A stretch of DNA of 32,000 nucleotides, taken from an uncultured Chloroflexia bacterium. Its GTDB lineage: Bacteria; Chloroflexota; Anaerolineae; Anaerolineales; Anaerolineaceae. The notes under the pieces were generated by a model. The model saw only the letters and a program-made list of their open reading frames with translations, ran no database searches and was not told the DNA's origin. The stretch spans positions 3,690,001-3,722,000 of the forward strand of contig OY969938.1 in assembly GCA_963704755.1 (NCBI GenBank), in the 5' to 3' direction. Below are positions 19,347-26,179 of the stretch, in pieces (the stretch's first letter is position 1; each line of letters starts with the position of its first letter). Made by a program: the position numbers and the translations under genes.

Positions 19347-19375
19347 ATTTTAACAAACAAGCTGGGATTGGTCAA
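19347..19375 (-). promoter_or_regulatory. Promoter candidate for tRNA-Cys: TTGACC-17 nt-TAAAAT
   Basis: Read on the minus strand; the -10 ends 12 nt before the tRNA 5' end. Confidence 0.5.
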
Positions 19376-19628
19376 GGTGAGGATTCGGAGGGGGTTGAAA
19401 ACTCCCTCCATTCCAGCTCCTGGATCCCCAGGGAAATCACTAATGGTCATTGTTCTCCATTTCCCGGTAAGCCCTGCTATACTCAAAGAATAAAGTTTTT
19501 ATAACCGCCCGGCCTGATGGTTAAAAAAAAAGCCCGAAATTGCGGTGTTTGCCGTCGATTTTGGCATAGGGCTGAAGTGCTACAAAATTTTAATGTTTCC
19601 TCGGTAGAACCTGATCGGTGAGGTGAAT

Positions 19629-19958
19629 ATGGCATATGATGAACAGTTAGCCCGGCGAATCCGGGAAGCGCTGGATGGTCTAGAAAATGTCGTCGAAAAG
19701 AAGATGTTCGGTGGGGTGACTTTTTTGGTGCAGGGCAATATGGCCTGTGGCGTGAATAAGGAAAACCTGATCGTGCGCCTGGGCAGCGATAAGGTGAAGC
19801 AGGCGCTTTTAGACGACTATGTAATTCCTTTTGCACTAACCGGCAGCCCGATGGCCAACTGGGTTTTGGTCAAGCCGGCCGGCTGCCGCAGCGATGAAGA
19901 TTTAAAAAATTGGGTCGGCCTGGGTGTGGATTATGCCTCCTCGTTACCGCCTAAATAA
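19629..19958 (+). CDS. TfoX/Sxy N-terminal-domain family protein
   Basis: ARRIREAL..KKMFGGVTFLVQGNMACGV..LIVRL is the typical TfoX_N pattern. ATG 19629 lies behind GGTGAGG. Confidence 0.7.
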   Translation: MAYDEQLARRIREALDGLENVVEKKMFGGVTFLVQGNMACGVNKENLIVRLGSDKVKQALLDDYVIPFALTGSPMANWVLVKPAGCRSDEDLKNWVGLGVDYASSLPPK

Positions 19959-20004
19959 TGGTTTACTTGCCGACTGGATCGAAAATAAGCGAGAAGTAAA
20001 CACG

Positions 20005-20361
20005 ATGTACGAGCATAAAAACGAACCCTTACTGCCAAGAGCAAAATTCTACCTGCGCATGGCTTACCATCTTGCTTTTGCATTGGGTATGGTGATCGTG
20101 TCCCTGGCGATTGGGGTGGTGGGGTATCACTATCTGGAAGGGTTATCCTGGGTCGATTTGCTGTTGAATTCAGCCATGCTGCTGGGGGGAATGGGGCCGG
20201 TCAACCCGCTGCAAACCACGGCCGGGAAACTGTTCGCCTCGTTTTACGCCCTTTTCTCGGGGATGATCTTCCTGGTTATTTTTGGGGTCCTAATTGCCCC
20301 GGTTTTTCACCGCTTTTTACACCGTTTTCACCTCGAGTTGGAGGATGACACGGATAATTAA
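20005..20361 (+). CDS. Small membrane protein resembling a two-TM pore-loop ion channel with a non-canonical filter
   Basis: Layout is TM1, then SWVDLLLNSAMLLGGMGPVNPLQTTAGKLF, then TM2. This parallels the K+-channel pore helix/filter region (xxDAxYFSxxTxTTVGYGDxxPxTxxGKxF), but GGMGP replaces TVGYG. Confidence 0.6.
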   Translation: MYEHKNEPLLPRAKFYLRMAYHLAFALGMVIVSLAIGVVGYHYLEGLSWVDLLLNSAMLLGGMGPVNPLQTTAGKLFASFYALFSGMIFLVIFGVLIAPVFHRFLHRFHLELEDDTDN

Positions 20362-20415
20362 CGACGTCACGTGAGAATGAAAAGATCGTAATTACTCAGC
20401 CAGCGCAGAAGAAAT

Positions 20416-20472
20416 AGGGTGTTGATCTTATTTTTTGCATGCGAAGCATGCAAAAAATAATATCAACACCCT
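20416..20472. repeat. Long palindromic hairpin (27-nt arms, 1 mismatch, GAA tip inside GCATGC-GAA-GCATGC), palindrome family B
   Basis: AGGGTGTTGATCTTATTTTTTGCATGC / GCATGCAAAAAATAATATCAACACCCT. No T run follows it. Confidence 0.7.
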
Positions 20473-20556
20473 CCCCTTCAAAACTTGCTCGAGCAGTTAC
20501 AAAAAAGCCATCAAGTTTTTATCTTCAATTGTATAGCGATCGGGTGGGAGGAAATT

Positions 20557-20979
20557 ATGGATGATTCAAAGTTGGTTAATTGTGCGGCCGTGTTCTTGTC
20601 GGAAAACGTGGAACGTACCGTCCAGTATTATCAGGATGTGTTAGGTTTTCGGGTGGTGACCCATTACGAAAATCCCGAGAAATTTGCCGCGATGTACCGG
20701 GATGACATCGAAATTGTGGTGGTGCTGGCCAGGTTTGGTCCGGTGCTGCCGAACCGGCGCCGCTATGGCGCGGGCTACGATGCCTACCTGGACCCCGCAA
20801 CTGTGGAAGGGGTGGACGGCCTGTACCAGGAATTCAGAAACCGCGGAGCGGTAATCCTCAATGCGCCGTCAATGACAGCCTATGGCAGCTATGAATTTAT
20901 CCTGGAGGACATCGATTCACGCCAGGTGTGCATCGGGCGGATCAAGCAGAAGGAAGTCTTCTTCGGCGACAAGGCCTGA
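20557..20979 (+). CDS. VOC (glyoxalase/bleomycin-resistance fold) family protein
   Basis: Size and pattern (VERTVQYYQDVLGF..) fit the family. GGGAGG RBS before ATG 20557. The assignment rests on pattern recognition only. Confidence 0.65.
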   Translation: MDDSKLVNCAAVFLSENVERTVQYYQDVLGFRVVTHYENPEKFAAMYRDDIEIVVVLARFGPVLPNRRRYGAGYDAYLDPATVEGVDGLYQEFRNRGAVILNAPSMTAYGSYEFILEDIDSRQVCIGRIKQKEVFFGDKA

Positions 20980-21068
20980 CCCGGGCAGCGAAGGCGTTTT
21001 CATGTGCAGGTGGCTCGATGACCAGCAGCTTCACAACTTTTGCGCTGCCCCCTTTGGCGGCTGAGTGC

Positions 21069-22055
21069 TCAAGTCGGGCGGCACTCGACCATAAAGGTGC
21101 TGGATGATTGTTGTCCGGCAGCGATTACTTCCAGTCCAGCCTTCTGCGCAAGCCCCCGAAACTCTGTTATGGTGCGATTCTTCCCTCCTAATAGCACCAT
21201 TTCGATCCGCAAGTCTTTGGGGGTATTATCCGGCCCGACACTTTTCAGAACCACGACCCGGCCGTCCGGCCGGGCGGCCTCGGCGCAGCGCTGTAAAATC
21301 TGGACCGCTTCTCGATCAGGCCAATCGTTCAGTACTCCCCTGAGTAAATAAAGGTCAGCACCGGGTGGCAGCAATTCGAAGAAACTCTGCCCGGAGATGG
21401 ATGCCCGTTCAGCTACACCGGCAGCATGGAAGATCGATCCAGAACGGGCCACTGTCCGGGGTAAATCGACCAGGGTTCCCCGGACTTCCGGGTGGGCACG
21501 CAAAATCTCGGCCAGCATTGCCCCGGTCCCTCCACCGACATCGACTACCGTCCGCACCGATCCCCAGCCGCCGGTAAGGCGGATTTCCGGATCAGGGGCG
21601 CCGTGGCCAGATGGCCCGATGAGGGCGTCAAAATCGGCGGCCAGGTTCGGGTGAGCGTCGAGGTCTTCCCAGAAAGGCAGCCCAAAAAGTTTGCTATAAG
21701 CCGGTTCACCGCGTCTGACATAATCGAGCAGAGTACCCCAGGCGTAAGCCATCCGTCCGCCGATGCCATCAAGATTAAGGAATTGTCCAAAAGAGGGGTC
21801 TAATAGCTGCCGGGCAGCATCGTTTAGTGAGAATTGGCCGGGAGCAATTTCTTCGAACACACCTTTGGCGATCAAGTGGCCAAGCACCTGATGGAGGGCA
21901 GTGGGATCACAGCCTGCGGCCTTGGCGAGGTCGTCGATTCGGTCTATCCCGGCCGCGATATGACCGGCAATGTCCAGGGTCGCCACTACGTGAATGCACC
22001 AGGGCGTGCACAGATCGGTCAGATCAAAGAGGTTTACTTCGCTTTTTTGAGGCAT
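21069..22055 (-). CDS. SAM-dependent O-methyltransferase (Methyltransf_2 family with N-terminal dimerisation/winged-helix domain)
   Basis: SAM motif VVDVGGGTG, the downstream DLP..V motif, and ~330 aa, typical of small-molecule OMTs. Confidence 0.85.
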   Translation of the reverse strand: MPQKSEVNLFDLTDLCTPWCIHVVATLDIAGHIAAGIDRIDDLAKAAGCDPTALHQVLGHLIAKGVFEEIAPGQFSLNDAARQLLDPSFGQFLNLDGIGGRMAYAWGTLLDYVRRGEPAYSKLFGLPFWEDLDAHPNLAADFDALIGPSGHGAPDPEIRLTGGWGSVRTVVDVGGGTGAMLAEILRAHPEVRGTLVDLPRTVARSGSIFHAAGVAERASISGQSFFELLPPGADLYLLRGVLNDWPDREAVQILQRCAEAARPDGRVVVLKSVGPDNTPKDLRIEMVLLGGKNRTITEFRGLAQKAGLEVIAAGQQSSSTFMVECRPT

Positions 22056-22134
22056 TCCTGAAACCTTTAAAATTTTTACATATACACCAAACTATACCGC
22101 ATATATCTAAATGTTGTCATGAAATAATATTAAT

Positions 22135-22980
22135 GCTATAAAAACACAAAGCCCGGCTTACGTCGGGCTCTCTGGTTGCGTAGCTCGGCTTTCAAAGCCG
22201 AGAAAACGCCGGCCGAAAAGAGTTCCGGCTACGGAAACGACCTGAACCAAAAAGGAGCCCCACGAAGGTGGGGCTTTGTGTATCTGTAGGTGCAGCTTTA
22301 GCTGCCAACAGTTCGTTCCTGCTTCTACGTTGGCGACTGAAGTCGCAGCTATAAAAACACAAAGCCCGGCCTACGCCGGGATCTCTGGTTGCGTAGCTCG
22401 GCTTTCAAAGCCGAGAAAACACCGGCCGAATAGATTTCCGGCTACGGAAACGACCTGAACCAAAAAAGAGTCCCACGAAGGTGGGGCTTTGTGTATCTGT
22501 AGGTGCAGCTTTAGCTGCCAACGGTTCGTTCCTGCTTCTACGTTGGCGACTGAAGTCGCGGCAAAAAGTACACAAAGCCCGGCCTACGCCGGGCGCTCTG
22601 GTTGCGTAGCTCGGCTTTCAAAGCCGAGAAAACGCCGGCCGAAAAGAGTTCCGGCTACGGAAACGACCTGAACCAAAAAGGAGCCCCACGAAAGTGGGGC
22701 TTTGCGTATCTGTAGGTGCAGCTTTAGCTGCCAACGGTTCGTACCTGCTTCTACGTTGGCGACTGAAGTCGCAGCTATAAAAACACAAAGCCCGGCCTAC
22801 GCCGGGCTCTCTGGTTGCGTAGCTCGGCTTTCAAAGCCGAGAAAACGCCGGCCGAATAGAGTTCCGGCTACGGAAACGATCTGAACCAAAAAGGAGCACC
22901 ACGAAGGTGGGGCTTTGTGTATCTGTAGGTGCAGCTTTAGCTGCCAACGGTTCGTTCAATAGCTCGGCCTTCAAAGCCAG
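22135..22980. repeat. Tandem array 1: ~3.9 copies of a 213-bp hairpin-dense unit (REP/BIME-like)
   Basis: ACACAAAGCCC recurs at 22143, 22356, 22569 and 22782, an exact 213-bp period. Each unit has at least 5 GC-rich stem-loops. The array ends with a degenerate hairpin copy at about 22960-22978. Confidence 0.92.
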
Positions 22981-22987
22981 GAAATAT

Positions 22988-23140
22988 CTATGTTGTTTTT
23001 TTCGTGTTTAATTGCCTTGCTCCAAGGATAAAAAGAAAAATTCCCAAAGCCGTGATTGGCATGCCGGCCGCATAGCTAACCGTTGAATTTAATATCGGTC
23101 CACTTATGATTAGGATTATTCCAAAAATTACTCTCGGCAT
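22988..23140 (-). CDS. Candidate small membrane protein (50 aa, two hydrophobic segments); not in the supplied ORF track (<60 aa)
   Basis: Minus strand reads GGGAGG-TTAATT-ATG, then MPRVIFGIILIISGPILNSTVSYAAGMPITALGIFLFILGARQLNTKKTT, then TAG. Strong RBS. No homology can be asserted. Confidence 0.4.
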   Translation of the reverse strand: MPRVIFGIILIISGPILNSTVSYAAGMPITALGIFLFILGARQLNTKKTT

Positions 23141-23172
23141 AATTAACCTCCCACGTAACTATTTAAGAAGTG

Positions 23173-23227
23173 CCCGAATTTAAGGTGTTTGCGAGGGCGA
23201 AGCCCTCGCAAACACCTTAAATTCGGG
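23173..23227. repeat. Perfect 26-bp-stem palindrome with GAA triloop (palindrome family A)
   Basis: CCCGAATTTAAGGTGTTTGCGAGGGC-GAA-GCCCTCGCAAACACCTTAAATTCGGG; the arms are exact reverse complements. Confidence 0.85.
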
Positions 23228-23340
23228 GTTCTTACCCTTCAGACTAAGCAGTTACCCGCTACTTTATAGATAGCTCTTTGGAAAATAATATCATGAAATT
23301 TAAGCTAATAATCGAATAAACCGTTACACACTGTAAGAAT

Positions 23341-23997
23341 ATCGTCGTGGCAACCCACGAAGCTTAAAAAGAAAAACCTCAACTTTATGAGGTTTTTTGA
23401 GCGGGCGATGGGAACTCGATCATTGATCCCCCTACGGGGAACCACGAACTTAAAAAGAAAAACCTCAACTTTATGAGGTTTTTTGAGCGGGCGATGGGAC
23501 ACGATCATTGATCCCCCCGCGGGGAACCACGAGCTTAAAAAGAAAAACCTCAACTTTATGAGGTTTTTTAAGCAGGCGATGGGACACGATCATTGATCCC
23601 CCTACGGGGAACCACGAGCTTAAAAAGAAAAACCTCAACTTTATGAGGTTTTTTGAGCGGGCGATGGGACACGATCATTGATCCCCCTACGGGGAACCAC
23701 GAGCTTAAAAAGAAAAACCTCAACTTTATGAGGTTTTTTGAGCGAGCGATGGGACACGATCATTGATCCCCCTACGGGGAACCACGAAGCTTAAAAAGAA
23801 AAACCTCAACTTTATGAGGTTTTTTGAGCGGGCGATGGGACTCGATCATTGATCCCCCTACGGGGAACCACGAGGTTAAAAAGAAAAACCTCAACTTTAT
23901 GAGGTTTTTTGAGCGGGCGATGGGACACGATCATTGATCCCCCTACGGGGAACCACGAAGCTTAAAAAGAAAAACCTCAACTTTATGAGGTTTTTTG
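23341..23997. repeat. Tandem array of eight 85/86-bp units directly abutting the tRNA-Gly 3' end. Each unit has a terminator hairpin plus a CCCC-CTAC-GGGG hairpin, and seven units also carry a 15-19-nt copy of the tRNA-Gly 3' end.
   Basis: CCTCAACTTT starts at 23377, 23463, 23548, 23633, 23718, 23804, 23889 and 23975. AGCGGGCGATGGGA(C) recurs 7 times and an eighth time as the true tRNA end. Confidence 0.92.
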
Positions 23998-24070
<73 letters not shown>

Positions 24071-24088
24071 AGTCCTGAACGTTCCGAA

Positions 24089-24117
24089 ATTATATACAGG
24101 AATTCTCCAGACGTCAA
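24089..24117 (-). promoter_or_regulatory. Sigma70 consensus-like promoter for tRNA-Gly: TTGACG-17 nt-TATAAT
   Basis: Read on the minus strand: TTGACG (24117-24112), a 17-nt spacer, and TATAAT (24094-24089). An 18-nt leader precedes the tRNA. Confidence 0.6.
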
Positions 24118-24242
24118 CCCTTCTCCAGGTTATCAAAACTATCAAGTTGCATTGCTTGACACGCATTTTTCAGTATGCTAAAGTTAATTTCACTCCGAAA
24201 GGCCACTTCGGTGTATGTGACTCTGGAATAAGGAGTTCCCCC

Positions 24243-24614
24243 TTGACTAAAAATCGTACTCAAATGATGGTAGAGCGTTTGCGTGAACTTCAAGCCTCAT
24301 CGATGGACATCGAAGCCTCTGCGATCGTAAGCGTGGATGGCTTGACCATCGCTTCTGCCCTCCCGCAAGGCGTGGAAGAGGACCGTGTCTCGGCTATGTC
24401 GGCGGCGATGTTATCCCTGGGCGAGCGGATTGCCAGCGAGCTTGGCCGGGGAGGACTGGAACAGGTTTACATTAAAGGAGAGAAAGGCTACGTGGTCTTG
24501 ATGTCAGTAGGGGAAGAGGCCGTACTCACCACCCTGGCACGCGAACAAGCCAAGCTGGGCCTGATTCTGCTGGATATGCGCCGGGCAACTGAAGACCTGG
24601 AAAAGTTGATCTAA
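24243..24614 (+). CDS. Roadblock/LC7 (MglB-like) domain protein
   Basis: ASAIVSVDGLTIASAL..RVSAMSAAMLSLGERIA..LEQVYIKGEKGYVVLMSVGEEAVLTTL fits the Robl_LC7 pattern. AAGGAG lies 7 nt before TTG 24243. Alternative start at ATG 24264. The track's upstream extension to 24147 runs into the tRNA promoter. Confidence 0.8.
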   Translation: MTKNRTQMMVERLRELQASSMDIEASAIVSVDGLTIASALPQGVEEDRVSAMSAAMLSLGERIASELGRGGLEQVYIKGEKGYVVLMSVGEEAVLTTLAREQAKLGLILLDMRRATEDLEKLI

Positions 24615-24622
24615 CGGGCATT

Positions 24623-25255
24623 ATGGAATTGATTCCGAAAAGCGGTTACTATTATCCGAACAAGATTGCCCGCATCGCGCTCCTGGCGATCGAGGACGTG
24701 ATGGGCAAAAATGGACTTAATGCAGTTTTGAACCTGGCCGGGTTAAGCGAAATCATTAACCATTACCCGCCGGATAACCTCGAGCGCCAGTTCGACTTTG
24801 CCGATTTCTCGGCCGTTCAGGGTGGGCTGGAGGAGATGTACGGTCCGCGCGGTGGGCGAGGACTGGCTTTACGGGCCGGACGGGCTACTTTCGACGCTGC
24901 GCTGCGTAACTTCGGCGCCCTGGCCGGGGTGGGTGACCTGGCTTTCAAGGTGCTGCCGCTGCAAGCCAAGCTGCGCATCGGCATGGGGGCAATGGCCCGT
25001 ATCTTTTCACAAACCAGCGACCAGCAGACCACGGTCGAGGAAAAAGACGACCATTTCGTCTACCTTATTCACCGCTGCCCGGTCTGTTGGGGGCGACAAA
25101 CCGAAAAGCCGGCCTGTTTTATCGCCACGGGCTTGCTCCAGGAGGGCCTGAAATGGGTCTCGGGGGGACACGAGTTTCGCGTTTCGCAGGAAACGGCCCA
25201 TTCGGCAGGAGACGAATCCTGCAATTTCATCATTTATAAAGATCCGCTCGAATAG
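24623..25255 (+). CDS. V4R (4-vinyl reductase) domain protein
   Basis: C-terminal pattern HRCPVC..KPACFIATGLLQEGLKWVSGG..AGDESCNFII is characteristic of V4R / COG1719-type small-molecule-binding domains. Confidence 0.7.
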   Translation: MELIPKSGYYYPNKIARIALLAIEDVMGKNGLNAVLNLAGLSEIINHYPPDNLERQFDFADFSAVQGGLEEMYGPRGGRGLALRAGRATFDAALRNFGALAGVGDLAFKVLPLQAKLRIGMGAMARIFSQTSDQQTTVEEKDDHFVYLIHRCPVCWGRQTEKPACFIATGLLQEGLKWVSGGHEFRVSQETAHSAGDESCNFIIYKDPLE

Positions 25256-25355
25256 GGGACCGGGTGGAATGAGAGCGTCCTCTCTGCTTTTCGGGAGCAA
25301 TTTTCGACAAATAGAGGGTTGCCTCGATCCAAATCGGGATAAAATTAGTGCATAT

Positions 25356-25392
25356 CCGGCGGCCCAGAAATTTCCATTGGCCGCCGGTTGTT
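25356..25392 (+). terminator. Weak terminator candidate CCGGCGGCC..(13-nt loop)..GGCCGCCGG-TTGTTT
   Basis: 9-bp GC stem followed by a short interrupted T tract, downstream of the V4R gene. Confidence 0.35.
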
Positions 25393-25441
25393 TACGGCGT
25401 CGTGAACGGCGCTGCATAAAAAATCAATCATCAGGTATTCT

Positions 25442-26179
25442 TTGAAAACGACTTTTGTTATTCCGACGTATAACGAAGCAGAGAATTTGCCCAAGCTGGC
25501 TTCGGCTTTATTCGATTTGGGCTTGAGCGATTTGAGCCTGCTGGTGGTGGACGATAACAGCCCGGACGGTACCGGCCAAATCGCCGAAGACCTGGCGGTG
25601 CAGTGGAACGGGCGAGTGCAGGTGATGCACCGGCCGGGTAAGATGGGCCTGGGCAGTGCCTACATTCAGGGTTTTACCCGCGCGCTCAACCTGGGGGCCG
25701 AGGCGATTGGCCAGATGGACGCCGATTTTTCTCACCCGACCGAAAAGGTGGCTGACTTAACGCGTTCCTCCGAAACTGCCGACCTCTCGCTGGGTTCGCG
25801 CTACGTGCCGGGCGGAAAATTGGACGATCGCTGGCCGGCCTCGCGAAAATGGCTCTCCGGCTTTGGAAATGTTTATGCTCGTACTATCCTGGGAATGCAG
25901 ATTCGCGACGTGACCGGTGGGTTCCGCCTATGGCGGGCGGAAGCGCTGCGGCGTATGCCTTTGGAGCGGGTCAAGTCGAATGGTTACATCTTCCAGGTGG
26001 AGATGGCTTACATCGCCAGCCTGTTGGGGTTTCGTGTCACCGAAATCCCGATCTACTTTGCCGACCGGCGCTGGGGCCAGTCCAAGATGTCGATGCGGAT
26101 CCAGTTGGAGGCGGCTTACCGGACCTGGCTGCTGCCTGGCCTGTACACCGATCTGCGCCGGAAGCGCTCGCTGCTGTAG
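25442..26179 (+). CDS. GT2 polyprenol/dolichol-phosphate mannosyltransferase (Ppm1/DPM1-like)
   Basis: FVIPTYNEAENL, VVDDNSPDGT and QMDADFSHP motifs. TTG start. The stop codon TAG (26177-26179) lies inside the first GTAG motif of repeat array 2. Confidence 0.85.
   Translation: MKTTFVIPTYNEAENLPKLASALFDLGLSDLSLLVVDDNSPDGTGQIAEDLAVQWNGRVQVMHRPGKMGLGSAYIQGFTRALNLGAEAIGQMDADFSHPTEKVADLTRSSETADLSLGSRYVPGGKLDDRWPASRKWLSGFGNVYARTILGMQIRDVTGGFRLWRAEALRRMPLERVKSNGYIFQVEMAYIASLLGFRVTEIPIYFADRRWGQSKMSMRIQLEAAYRTWLLPGLYTDLRRKRSLL

Noticed and set aside
19220-19836. ORFs 19220..19486(-), 19287..19493(+), 19483..19836(-)
   Set aside because: They overlap tRNA-Cys and its promoter, or lie antisense to the TfoX-like gene. 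They have no RBS or motifs.
22243-22275. AAAAAGGAG + hairpin + TTG inside each array 1 unit as an RBS-start pair
   Set aside because: The spacing to the TTG is about 20 nt, and the intervening sequence is a stable 8-bp GC hairpin, which is incompatible with normal initiation.
22276-22884. Three tandem 60-aa ORFs (22276, 22489, 22702; MCICRCSFSCQ..), plus related ORFs in array 2 (26241, 26329, 26486, 26616, 26834, 26846), as a repeated small-protein gene family
   Set aside because: They start at TTG about 20 nt from the nearest SD-like AAGGAG. They run straight through successive perfect hairpins. ORFs are open on both strands of the same repeat. Copy-to-copy differences preserve stems rather than codons. 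They are most likely frame artefacts of a GC-rich structured repeat.
23341-23997. CRISPR array interpretation of the 85-bp repeats (and of arrays 1 and 2)
   Set aside because: Units are contiguous, with no unique spacers between repeats. The unit length and internal terminator are unlike CRISPR repeats. No cas genes are in the window.
23341-23997. The 85-bp units as complete tRNA-Gly pseudogenes
   Set aside because: Only positions ~6-13 and the last 15-19 nt match the tRNA. The 5' acceptor strand, D-loop, anticodon arm and 5' T-stem are absent, so no cloverleaf can form.
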